64,000 bases of DNA from Naegleria gruberi. Its lineage: Eukaryota. Shown piece after piece: positions 1 through 10,238 of this stretch. The stretch's first letter is position 1; the number at the start of each line of letters is the position of its first letter. The DNA lies in NCBI GenBank assembly GCA_000004985.1, contig GG738917.1. One strand, given 5' to 3'. The notes beneath the pieces are model-generated. The model was given only the letters and a program-made list of their open reading frames with translations. It had not been told where the DNA came from and did no database searches. The position numbers were made by a program, and so were the translations under genes.

Positions 1-948
1 GCAAGCTCACCTAATATATTTAAACCTCAAAGTTTTGACGACAACAATTTTGGAAAGAAAATTCAAGATGTTACATTTAAGTGTTGGGGTTTGCAAAATG
101 TTGAGAACAAAAAAATTCACACCAGAATTTACAATTGCGATTCAGAGCAAATAATCAGCTACATTTGCTATGGTGAAGGCACATTAATAGATGGGACTAA
201 ACCTGTGTTTGTAAAGATTCACAGCGGTCATCCAATGGAAACCTATAATGCAGAATGTGTTACAAGTTTTGCATGTGACAGAATTCAAACAGATTGCTTG
301 GATGCTAAAAATACTATCAAAATCTACAAGTATTTCATTGAGAAAAGAAGTGTCCCTTATGAAATTTTTGGGGATATTTCCACACCATACAAGGGTTACA
401 TTACTGATGTAACAATATCAGAATTGTTAACTACTGTTGAAAATTCCATATTTTCACAAACAAAACACCTTGACGATAATGTCAAATTATTGACTTTGCT
501 CTATGTTATGGATGGGTGCATTAGGGGTATTAATTTTATGACTAATCATCTGAAATTGTTACACAATGATATTGCCTTTAGGAATGTAATGGTAAGGGAA
601 AATACAAACAAATCTGGCATTTCCTCTCTGATAGATCAATATTGTAATTTAACTCTTACAGACTTGGAGTTTAAGAACGACATGAAATGTTTAGCCAAGG
701 TCTTTATTGAATTTGTATCTTTTCTTTTTGGGAAAAATTCAAATGATTTGCAATTACTTTCAAATATGGAACCCCATTTTGATGGAGACTTTAAAATAGT
801 ACACTTGTGGATAGTACAAACTATTGAATCGTTACAAAGTAACTGCAAAAAGAGCTTTCTTTCAGAATTTCAGGATATTAACTTCCTAAAGGTCGTACAA
901 CCTTTGGATGAGATGGTGATTGCTTTATTGCTTCGTAGCTCTAATTAA
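1..948 (+). CDS. Protein kinase-like domain protein, 5'-partial (likely pseudokinase). Frame 1 is open from the window edge; the ORF track start at 91 is a TTG, not a real start.
   Basis: No stop in frame 1 from nt 1 to the TAA at 946-948. Kinase-fold landmarks are degenerate: VKIHSG (beta3 Lys-like), LKLLHNDIAFRNVMV in place of HRDxxxxN, LTDLEF in place of DFG. Confidence 0.45.
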   Translation, partial: ASSPNIFKPQSFDDNNFGKKIQDVTFKCWGLQNVENKKIHTRIYNCDSEQIISYICYGEGTLIDGTKPVFVKIHSGHPMETYNAECVTSFACDRIQTDCLDAKNTIKIYKYFIEKRSVPYEIFGDISTPYKGYITDVTISELLTTVENSIFSQTKHLDDNVKLLTLLYVMDGCIRGINFMTNHLKLLHNDIAFRNVMVRENTNKSGISSLIDQYCNLTLTDLEFKNDMKCLAKVFIEFVSFLFGKNSNDLQLLSNMEPHFDGDFKIVHLWIVQTIESLQSNCKKSFLSEFQDINFLKVVQPLDEMVIALLLRSSN

Positions 949-1144
949 TTGAAAAAGAGTAAAATTGTCTGTTTGTACCAATATACTATATTAACACTTC
1001 AACTTTAATGTTTGAAAATACTCCCTTTGGTTGGTAAATGGATGATTGACCATCCACTGGAAGGTGATATTTTGCGTTCTCCCTGACTGAAGATGAGCAA
1101 CTTATAAGTTGGTTTTGCTTTTGACTTGATAAAAATTGGATTAG

Positions 1145-1417
1145 TCATTGTTTGTTCTTGATTTTTTCAGCTTGCTTGACTAATTTACTTCTGACTTCAT
1201 TAATATGTTTTATAAGTTCTGATTCATCACCGTCTTCGAACCACACAATAACTTCTTCTTGTGCTTTATTTTCTCGTTTTTGTTCAAGTGGCACGGATTG
1301 TGTTGTGTTAGCAGATTTAATAGGAGTTAGCATTGTTTTGTTTTGTTTTGATATTAAAAATAAATCTTGAGGTGTCAATTTCCAGAAAATTTGATCATTA
1401 AAGGTCTTGCCACACAT
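1145..1417 (-). CDS. Hypothetical small protein (90 aa)
   Basis: ATG-initiated minus-strand ORF with a charged C-terminus. No recognisable domain. Overlaps an antisense ORF of similar size, so it may be spurious. Confidence 0.2.
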   Translation of the reverse strand: MCGKTFNDQIFWKLTPQDLFLISKQNKTMLTPIKSANTTQSVPLEQKRENKAQEEVIVWFEDGDESELIKHINEVRSKLVKQAEKIKNKQ

Positions 1418-1554
1418 CTCGGTTTCTAGTTGTTTTTGTTTCCTTCAGGTTTCTGGAAGCATTTTGAGATGAGTTAGACAATTGTGAAATTTAATGGATA
1501 CCTTTATTAGGTTAAACAATTGGAAAGGATTTCAAGACAGCACTTTACAAAAGC

Positions 1555-1832
1555 ACAATATTGGATTAAGAGAAGGAACTAACTAAGGATATAAAGAAAG
1601 AAGTCTATATGTAGTATCAATTATGATTACCGTGNNNNNNNNNNNNNNNNNNNNNNNNNNNNNNNNNNNNNNNNNNNNNNNNNNAGCAAAATATTGGATT
1701 AAGAAAGCCAAAGAAGGAAATAACTAAGGATAAAGAAAGAAGTCCATATGTCCTTATCAGTCCTTTTCTGTACACTTGTGAGATGCAGAGTGGAAAGATT
1801 ACATGTAGTATCAATTATGATTACCGTGTGTG
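1555..1832. repeat. Tandem repeat (~80-140 bp units) flanking and probably collapsed into assembly gap 1
   Basis: Unit 'a(c/a)aatattggattaaga..aactaaggata(t)aaagaaagaagtc(t/c)atatgt' occurs at 1555-1634 and again at 1685-1750. The 26-mer 'atgtagtatcaattatgattaccgtg' occurs at 1609-1634 and 1805-1830. Confidence 0.6.
1635..1684. other. Assembly gap (50 N)
   Basis: Run of N. Confidence 0.99.
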
Positions 1833-1892
1833 AAAAGATTCTTCACAAATAAAATTACAACAAATTATTCAATAATTATAAATTTAAAAAAA

Positions 1893-2738
1893 ATGGAGTG
1901 TTATGTTGTGGATGCTTTTACTGAAAATATTTTCGAAGGAAATCCAGCAGCAGTTTGTGTAATGAAAAATTGGATATCTGATGAATTGATGCAGAAAATT
2001 GCTGCTGAAAATAATCTATCCGAAACAGCTTTCACAGTAAAGGAAGATGATGGAAGTTATCACCTTCGCTGGTTTACACCACTCTCAGAGATAGATCTAT
2101 GTGGTCATGCAACTTTAGCCACTGCTTTTGTGATTAATAATTTCTATGATTCGGAAGTGAAAATTCTCAAATTTAAAACTATGAGTGGAGAACTAGTTGT
2201 GGTTAAGAAAGAAGACTTGTTTGAAATGGATTTTCCTAGTAGAATGCCAACTCCTTTCACAATCAGTGAACAACTAATTGATGCCTTAGGAATAACACCA
2301 ATTGAAGCTCATATTAGTAGAGATCTAGTTCTTGTTTTGGAAAATGAAGAGCAAGTTCTTAATGCCACTCCAAACTTTTCCAAATTGAGAGAAATACCTG
2401 ATGGTTTAGGAGTCTTGATAACCTCAAAGAGTGAGAAGTATGATTTTGTTTCGAGATGTTTCTTCCCAAAATTGAATGTTAATGAAGACCCTGTCTGTGG
2501 ATCTGCCCACACCAGCTTTATTCCTTACTGGTCCAATATTTTGGGCAAGAAGGAAATGATAGCCAGACAAGTCTCCAGCAGAGGAGGTAAGTATTATTTT
2601 CTTCTCCATAATACTCAATGTGTACTCTTAAAATTTCAAGGTACTCTCTATTTAAAACATGAGGGTGAAAGAGTGAAAATTGCTGGCAGAGCCGTTCTAT
2701 TTTCAAAAGCACAACTTCAAATCAAATTTAATAACTAG
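1893..2738 (+). CDS. PhzF family protein (phenazine biosynthesis-like / PBLD-type epimerase fold); join(1893..2586,2641..2738)
   Basis: ATG at 1893 (MECYVVDAFT..). PhzF-type motifs (VDAFT, NPAAV, TAF, CGHATLA). A 54-nt intron 2587-2640 (GTAAGT...TTTCAAG) restores a typical PhzF C-terminus (..SRGG|TLYLKHEGERVKIAGRAVLF..). The unspliced read-through is what the ORF track shows. Confidence 0.8.
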   Translation: MECYVVDAFTENIFEGNPAAVCVMKNWISDELMQKIAAENNLSETAFTVKEDDGSYHLRWFTPLSEIDLCGHATLATAFVINNFYDSEVKILKFKTMSGELVVVKKEDLFEMDFPSRMPTPFTISEQLIDALGITPIEAHISRDLVLVLENEEQVLNATPNFSKLREIPDGLGVLITSKSEKYDFVSRCFFPKLNVNEDPVCGSAHTSFIPYWSNILGKKEMIARQVSSRGGKYYFLLHNTQCVLLKFQGTLYLKHEGERVKIAGRAVLFSKAQLQIKFNN

Positions 2739-3429
2739 GTAACACAACCTCCGAACAAGATTATCACAACTCAATGGTGTTTTCATTTTTTTTTGAATTT
2801 TCTTCCGCCTTGTTTTTACAACTGTAAAATAAGGCGCCAGAATAAGGCTCTCAAGTCTACGTGTCACAAATCCCCACCTTAATAAACACTTTCTCTTCCA
2901 ACACCACACAAATCATCATCTCTTTCTCAATAGCAAATTCCATACTTCTTTTAAGGTTCAACCAATTGATTCAATATCTTCCTCTCATCCTTGTGACCAA
3001 ATTTTGATAATAAATGTGTTGCTGATGATGAAAAAATTATTTATTGAAAAAAACAGCCACCTTCTTCTTCATCCTCTCAACATTTGGACTGTCACACAAG
3101 GCTTGCACGACCGATACACACCATACTGTCGATACAACACACAAATTTAGGAAGACTTTTTTCATCACAACCAAAACGAACAGGATTCACTCTCTCCAGC
3201 GCAATAATAGTTACTTTGTGTGGAGAATATATATTTCATTGAACAGTAAGTAGATGAATGTGACAAGAAGTTTTCACACACACACTTGCTCCATAAATGA
3301 TGACCACTATTATACACACTACTATATACATCATCTCTCTTTATCAAATTGGAATGAATATTATCAATACAATGTGTATGCGTGACAAATTATTAATTGT
3401 GACACAATTTACAGCAACAACTTTTAATC

Positions 3430-4794
3430 ATGACAACAACAATGAATGATGAAACAACAAGCAAAATATTGATGTCATCAAACACAATAACAGCAGCTCC
3501 ACTCATAATAGATGCCAATCCACATGATCCTAATCTTGTTTTTGGTACTAATAATTTCACAATTCGTAAACCATTTCCATACAAGAACGCACAAGGTGAC
3601 ATATTTTGTATTGTTTGTTGCTTGCAAAAGGGTGAATTAGTTTTTCAACCAAAAGCTAATTTCAAGGTATGTGTATTTAATGGAATATTAATGTGTGTGT
3701 GACAATTTGAATATTATATTTGGTTCAATATTGTTGCAGATTTTCAGAGAAAGAGGAGCAGTGATAGGAGAGAATTCTGATAGGTCTGCTTTAGTGGAAA
3801 AGTTATTTGGTTTTAAGAATGTTTGTGGAGGTAGATTGTGTGACTCTCACTATCGATACAGTAAGTAATACACATTGTGAAAATCAATCTTAATATGAGC
3901 TACTCTCTTGATTTAATTACACACAAATTCAACTCTATTTTCACACCAATTTCACACAATGCCCTACTCGACCTCTCTGGTTAATAACAAATATTCGCAT
4001 GGACAATCCAACTTGGAAAACCATGGTTTGGAAATACAGTCATGAAATTCAAAAACAAATCTGCATCCAATAATGACTCACCAACCAGCAACTCAATAGA
4101 TGGAGAACCAACAACAAAACGAAAGAAGAGGAAAACAGATCTCAAGACCATCTCATCATCAACAGATATTGACTCTCTTGGTAACTCTGCATTGGGAGGG
4201 ATAGCAAGTGTGACCAGAAAGAAAAAGAAGGAACAACAACAGCAACAACACTATTCCGAATTGAATGATTCCTCAACCACTGTAGATATTGCCATCAATA
4301 ATGTGAATAATAACATACCCAGCAGCAATTATGGTATGAATAATAATGAAACAAACGAGAGGGAAATTGATGAACAATCAATTAATTCATCATCTTATCA
4401 AGTCATTGTGAGTGAACCAAATTCAACACAACCAATGATGAATAATTTGCATCACACAACTTATTCCAGCACCAGCACTACCAACAATAATCATCTGTAC
4501 AGAAGTAGGGATGAAATTGCACGTGAGGAAAGATATGCCACCAAGAGAAGATTTAATTTTCTTGTTCGGTTAGTAGAGGAAATGGTTGATGAAGAAGAAA
4601 TTCACTATCACTATCAACTCTATTTGAGACAACAAGAAGAACTCAAGAGAAATCCATCACTACGTTTTAATTCTACAACAACAACTACTATGCAAGGTGT
4701 AGAATATTTAGAGGAAGATGAAGATGAATCATCACTGTCATCTTCATCAAATAATCAAGAGGAAGATCAAATCATTACAAACGAGTACCGATAA
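3430..4794 (+). CDS. Hypothetical protein, possibly 3 exons: join(3430..3666,3740..3860,4040..4794). N-terminal Cys-cluster region (CIVCC..CGGRLCDSHY) followed by an N/S-rich region with KRKKRK.
   Basis: Exon 1 ATG at 3430 ends in phase 0 at GTATGT (3667). Acceptor at 3739. Exon 2 ends at GTAAGT (3861), phase 1. Acceptor ..atacag at 4039 joins in frame to the 4042 ORF (a+tc=Ile, then MKFKNK..). The second intron (179 nt) is longer than the others here, so 4042-4794 could alternatively be a separate gene. Confidence 0.4.
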
Positions 4795-4922
4795 AACAGT
4801 TTTGAATTAACTAATAATTATATATGAAAGGGAACAATAAATCAAAGGTTCCATCACATTATTAGAGGGCAATTGTCAATGCCACAACTCAACCATCAAC
4901 AAATCAAAAAAAATATTTGCTA

Positions 4923-5994
4923 ATGAAGAAACTAAAGAATACATTTCGCTCTTCTTCAGTTGATCCACTTGATCTTGTAGAAGCAAATGATGCTTCCATG
5001 ATGTGTAAGTTATTCTCCAAGATTTTCAATGTTAAATATTTAAAACATTGTAAACTGTGATGATAATAATTTACAACAACAATTAATCATAATTTAACAT
5101 ATTTAAATAGGTATGACATTGGATGAAGTAAAAGGAGAATTGGAAAAGTTGATTGTTTCCATGCATGTTGAAACTAAATCTGATAGTAAAAACTCAGAGG
5201 AAGAAGGAGATGATATCAGTTTTAATTATGATGTGATTGGTAAGGACGTTCCTAGATTGGTTGGAAAGACCTATGTGAATGGTGTGAAAATGTCAAATGT
5301 TCCACATTTTATTGTTTCACTTATTGATTTAATTTTAAATAGAGGAATTCCAACTGAATTACAACAACCAGGTGATAACTGTGCTGTTGATGTTCATGAA
5401 TATTATAATAATTTATATGCTCAATTGAGTTCAGTGATGAAACAAAATAATATTGTAGAGGATAGTGTTTCATTGACAAGTTATTTAAAGTCACTCTTCA
5501 TGGTCCACAATCCAGTCTTTCAACTTTTGAGATCATATAATCAAAATGCTATTTCTCAACCTGTTACATATTACAAATTAATTTTACAAACAGTTCACAA
5601 ACTTCAATTCCAAGATAAGGATTGGAATGTTTACTGGGACATTACAGATCATGACATGTATGGTAAAAAGAGAACTATTTCAGTTACACACGTAAGATCT
5701 GAAAAATACCTCTCAGATAGACAAATTAAATTTAGTTTTTCATGGAGTATTAAATTCGAATATGAACAAGTTGTTAAGAGTATTGAGGAGTATAATAGAA
5801 GTCCAGTTTCAAACTTGGAATTAATTGCCCAAAAGGATTACACTCCAGCTCGTTTAACTCAAGTCACCATGAGCTTTAATAATCTTGATGAATTCTATGA
5901 AAATGTTCCATGTGAAAATGCTTCCTTCTCCTCAAAGGAAAGTACCATTGCCTTCTTGGAATACATTTTCGAGAGCACTTCTATCAAGTTTTAA
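4923..5994 (+). CDS. Hypothetical protein; join(4923..5004,5111..5994)
   Basis: The 293-aa ORF from ATG 5113 has no recognisable domain. An upstream exon (ATG 4923, MKKLKNTFRSSSVDPLDLVEANDASMM) ends in phase 1 at GTAAGT (5005). The acceptor 'aaatag' at 5110 joins in frame (t+gt=Cys, then MTLDEV..). Confidence 0.45.
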
Positions 5995-6079
5995 ATGTAT
6001 CATAGAAAAACTTTTGATAAACAAAGGTTTATTTACAATATTTACAAATGTTATTGGATTTGATAATGAAATGAAGTAT

Positions 6080-6691
6080 TTAAATGATTGGTGGATTTTC
6101 GTAAATTTGGACACTATCATTATTGGCTTGAATCTTTTGTTGAATCAATGGAGGTGGTGGTTGAATGGAAATTGAATGTTGAATGGGGATAACTTCTGCA
6201 AGATGTGTTGCATCATTATTGTGGCAATCTGCTTGCTTACAATCTTGCAGATCAAAAGCTAAACTAATTTTATCTACTACAGCAATCAATTCTCTAATTT
6301 GAACTTGAAATTTAGTAAGATATTTAAAGCTAATGGTTGAAATGACATCCGTCATTCTATCGTAAAAGTGTTGTGATCTGAAACTTCTAATAAATATTTC
6401 AAGAATTCGTTGATTGCTTGCGGCAGTGAATAGTCCTTGCAATACTTTAACAATAATCTTGAGGAGTTTTGGTTTTTTCTTGCCTTTGCACTCTGCGATC
6501 AATCTAATAAATTGTTGTCTAAGACTTTCTGTGTACTCTAAATTGTCTTTGTGATCGAAGAATGTTCTAATGTACCTGCATATTCTGTTCACTTCCAAAT
6601 TGTAGCTTTTCTTCTCGATTGCTCTTTTCATGTGTTTGTTCAACTTTCCGACCAGTCTTCTAAATTCTTCTGAGGTTCCTTGCTGCTTCAT
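6080..6691 (-). CDS. Hypothetical protein (203 aa, starts MKQQGTSEEFRR..)
   Basis: ATG at 6691. The ORF-track N-terminal 34 aa reads through a probable 5' intron: the minus strand has GTAAGTGAAT at about 6790 and ..tcatcag at about 6712 just upstream of the ATG. No domain recognised. Pro/Gln-rich C-terminus. Confidence 0.45.
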   Translation of the reverse strand: MKQQGTSEEFRRLVGKLNKHMKRAIEKKSYNLEVNRICRYIRTFFDHKDNLEYTESLRQQFIRLIAECKGKKKPKLLKIIVKVLQGLFTAASNQRILEIFIRSFRSQHFYDRMTDVISTISFKYLTKFQVQIRELIAVVDKISLAFDLQDCKQADCHNNDATHLAEVIPIQHSISIQPPPPLIQQKIQANNDSVQIYENPPII

Positions 6692-6934
6692 TTTTTCAGG
6701 CTTGGAAAATGCTGCTGATGATGATAAATATAAAATTGTCTCCTTGCCAACAACAATAAAATTTGTTTTGAATAAAATGATAAATATATTCACTTACCCT
6801 TATTTGTGTGATAGTAGAAACAATGTAACGATATATAATTTCTAAACAATTACAATTGGGTATTGGCTGACATCAAGCTATTTAATCTTGTTGATTACTA
6901 ATATTAATAATTTAAAATATATTAAATTAAAAAA

Positions 6935-9175
6935 ATGTCTTTAAACGTGGACTCACAAACAGCATCACGTGTTTCGCAATTGTATGAAGATTTAAAAACC
7001 ATTCCTACTTTATCAGGTGGTTTAATTCTTCCATCGTCTTGTATTGAAATTAATTGTACAGTCTCCGATCATCAGAATGATAAGAATATTAGTCTTTCTA
7101 AACAATATCAATTAGTAAATGATCATCAAGTTGTTGGATCTCCATATCCATCAATTACTCCTGCTGATATTCATTTAGTTTCTACTTCTCCAAGTGGAAA
7201 GAGAAGGGCTGTTTTTAAATGTATTGCTTCTGATGGTAAACCAAATGCAAATACAGCAGCTTTAGATTATCAAATTGAAATTTATTCTAATCAAGTTTTG
7301 CAATTGAGAATTTTGGTGAAGGATATTCATGGAAAGGTATTTACTGATGAAACTTTTGGAAGAGTTTCTTGGTCTTCATGTGAAAACAAGTTACTCTACG
7401 TTGCTGAAATGAAACAAGAACTTGTAAAGCCATATTGGGAAAAATATAGTAGAACTAACGACAAGCTACCTGAAAATGATAATCCATATCAATATAAGTA
7501 TGATTATGAAGCTAAAGAGGATTGGGGAGAGCAAATTTTATTGAAAACTCCACATATTTATGAATTGGATATTTTGGTAAAGAAGGTAACTCATATTGAC
7601 TTGATTCCTGCTACTGACAGTGCTGGTTCTCCACACTATCTTCCAGGATCAACTAATTTTGTTTATACTGCTTTTGAAAGACCTGTCAGAAAGTTAGGTA
7701 TTAGATTTTGTGTTCAAAGAGATGCCAAATTATTTTACTGTGACAGAATTTCTGTAAAACAAATTGCCTCAGAATATAGAGGACCAAGAAGACCAGTCTT
7801 TTCTCCTTGTGGAACAAAGTTGGCCTTTTTAGCTATTGAAAATAGTGTAAATTATCACAATTCCACTTCCAAGTTGGTAGTGGTAAATTGGACAACTGAA
7901 GGAGCTAAGGACTCTCAAGTTATTGTAGATATTGTAGATGAAGTTAAATGTAATGATGAAATCGAGGCAATGAACACCTTCCCAGGATTGTATAATATTG
8001 ATTTGCCTCTTTCATGTTGGAGCTCTGATTCCAGATATATTGTTATGAATTCCACTTGGAGAAGTGTCCAATCTATTGTTGTAATTGATACTCAAAAGAC
8101 ATCCAACAATGTTAGAAGACTCTTCAACAGTAACACTTATGAATCCTATGTGCTACTTTCTCATGAACCACAATCAAAGAAAGTACTCTACTACAAGACA
8201 ACTCCAACTATGCCATATCAAATTTATGTTGGTAAATTGGATTATGATTCATTAGAAGTATCAAATATTACATTGATAGAAGATGCTCTCTCACTCATCA
8301 ATACAGAGCTCAATGATAGTGGTATTAAGGAAAAACTTGAATCAATTTCTTGGAAGGTATTGCATATTCCAATAGAAAAGGGATCCAAGGTTTACATGGA
8401 CTGTATCTTGTATATTCCAAAAGGTCCAAAGTCATTCGTAAATGGTTCTGGTAGTGATAAGCACAGCCTTTTATTAATCCCTCACGGTGGTCCGCATGGC
8501 TCTTGCTCAACCATCTTTGCTGCAAGATTTATTTATTTTGCTCTTTGTGGTTATGCTGTTTTGCTTTTGAATTATAGAGGTAGTGTTGGATTTTCTCAAA
8601 GTTTTGCTGGATGTCTTCCTGGAAATATTGGTGATATGGATGTTAAAGATTGCTACAATAGTTATAGATATATTTTGGATGAGAATGTTATTCCAGTTGA
8701 TGAGAATAGTGTATCTGTGTACGGAGGATCTCATGGTGGTTTCCTTTCAGGACATTTAGTTGGCCAATATCCATCTCAATTTAAAGCTGGCATTTTACTT
8801 AATCCTGTTATCAATCTTGCAACAATTTTCAGTGAATCTGATATCCCAGATTGGTGTTATAATGAATCTTTAGGAAATGATTACTATGATGAAGCTTGTG
8901 TCACAAAAGAAATGCTTACTCAAATGTATGATCGTTCTCCAATTGCACATGTATCAAATGTTACTGCAGCAGTTTTATTACTTGTTGGTGAAGTGGACAG
9001 AAGAGTTCCAAAAGAACAACCAAGAGAATTCTATCATTCTCTCAGATTATTAGGAAAATGTAAAGAAGCACGCATGCTTGTTTATCCTGAGAATGATCAC
9101 CCTATTGCTAAACCAAAGGATGATTTTGATTCGATGGTCAGCTCTGCTCTTTTCTTGTATAAACATTCTAATTAA
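6935..9175 (+). CDS. Acylamino-acid-releasing enzyme / acylaminoacyl-peptidase (S9C prolyl-oligopeptidase family)
   Basis: 746-aa single ORF. N-terminal beta-propeller-like region, then a C-terminal alpha/beta hydrolase. Ser nucleophile in GGSHGGFL, Asp in VGEVDRRVP, His in ENDHPI. Confidence 0.85.
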   Translation: MSLNVDSQTASRVSQLYEDLKTIPTLSGGLILPSSCIEINCTVSDHQNDKNISLSKQYQLVNDHQVVGSPYPSITPADIHLVSTSPSGKRRAVFKCIASDGKPNANTAALDYQIEIYSNQVLQLRILVKDIHGKVFTDETFGRVSWSSCENKLLYVAEMKQELVKPYWEKYSRTNDKLPENDNPYQYKYDYEAKEDWGEQILLKTPHIYELDILVKKVTHIDLIPATDSAGSPHYLPGSTNFVYTAFERPVRKLGIRFCVQRDAKLFYCDRISVKQIASEYRGPRRPVFSPCGTKLAFLAIENSVNYHNSTSKLVVVNWTTEGAKDSQVIVDIVDEVKCNDEIEAMNTFPGLYNIDLPLSCWSSDSRYIVMNSTWRSVQSIVVIDTQKTSNNVRRLFNSNTYESYVLLSHEPQSKKVLYYKTTPTMPYQIYVGKLDYDSLEVSNITLIEDALSLINTELNDSGIKEKLESISWKVLHIPIEKGSKVYMDCILYIPKGPKSFVNGSGSDKHSLLLIPHGGPHGSCSTIFAARFIYFALCGYAVLLLNYRGSVGFSQSFAGCLPGNIGDMDVKDCYNSYRYILDENVIPVDENSVSVYGGSHGGFLSGHLVGQYPSQFKAGILLNPVINLATIFSESDIPDWCYNESLGNDYYDEACVTKEMLTQMYDRSPIAHVSNVTAAVLLLVGEVDRRVPKEQPREFYHSLRLLGKCKEARMLVYPENDHPIAKPKDDFDSMVSSALFLYKHSN

Positions 9176-9215
9176 ACAATTTTTGATTCCAATTAAGCCA
9201 TCAAATTTGATCTGG

Positions 9216-10040
9216 TTACAGCTTTGAGTATTTGCTTGCATTATTAAATAGATCCCCCAAATGCTTTTTTCTATCTTGCAGTTTCTTATTCAAACTCTTC
9301 AAAAACTCATTCACTTGATCGAACAATTTATTCCACAATTCCACATTCTTGGATATTTTGGAAATAAACTTCGTTTCTTTTCTTCTGATTATTATTCCTT
9401 TTGAATATTTAGATTTCTTAAGCAATATCAAGCAAATTAATAAATGTTCTATTATTTCTTTTAGTTCCATTAAATTTTCTTGTTTTATGTATGTTTCGAT
9501 ATGTTGGGAGAAATTGGATTTTAATATCTCAAATAATCTTTGATTTTCTGACTTATCCAAAAACAAATATCCTCCCAAGTTGACTTGTTTCGTTTCGAAA
9601 TGAAGCTCCAAGAATGTAGATGCTGGTTGATTTATCATTTTTGAAAGTAAATTGATATTATCTGATTTTAGATAATTCATTCCAACTGTGAATGGGAATT
9701 CATCATCCAATTCAAAATTATTAGACATTTTCCCACCCCCTTCCAAAAACAGAATATTAATATTATCAAAACTAATTCTACTTTCTTTCAATTGTTGATT
9801 TATGTATTTCTCCAATATCTTTTCATTACTAAAATTCATATAAATAAATAAATGCTTAAAACTATCATTTCTTCCGATACTATTCACATCTAAAGCTGTA
9901 GGTTCGGAATTGTATCCAATAACATATTCCAACCTTGGTTCGTAATGAGAAATTAATTGACAAATTCTTGTTTGATTCCTCGCAAATTCCAATCCAACCA
10001 CATGTGGTTGTATGATTATAAATTTGGAATTTGGGAACAT
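9216..10040 (-). CDS. Hypothetical protein (274 aa)
   Basis: ATG-initiated minus ORF of coding-like composition. No domain recognised. Confidence 0.45.
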   Translation of the reverse strand: MFPNSKFIIIQPHVVGLEFARNQTRICQLISHYEPRLEYVIGYNSEPTALDVNSIGRNDSFKHLFIYMNFSNEKILEKYINQQLKESRISFDNINILFLEGGGKMSNNFELDDEFPFTVGMNYLKSDNINLLSKMINQPASTFLELHFETKQVNLGGYLFLDKSENQRLFEILKSNFSQHIETYIKQENLMELKEIIEHLLICLILLKKSKYSKGIIIRRKETKFISKISKNVELWNKLFDQVNEFLKSLNKKLQDRKKHLGDLFNNASKYSKL

Positions 10041-10238
10041 TGAGTGATGATTATTTTTTTTTCATTTTTTTTTAATTAAATTAATTTTAATATTTCAAAT
10101 AGGTATTAGATCTGATAATTATTTGAACGAGTATTTAAATTGAGAAATTTCTTATATTGCTCATCATCACAATATTGCCTTACTGTTTTGGAAGTATAAT
10201 TTTGGCGCCAACTTGCCTACAAATTTGCATTAAAAAAA

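Noticed and set aside
1617-1814. ORF-track entries translating across N runs (1617-1814, 58461-59837 middle, 62083-62445)
   Set aside because: Poly-X translation of assembly gaps. Not real coding sequence.
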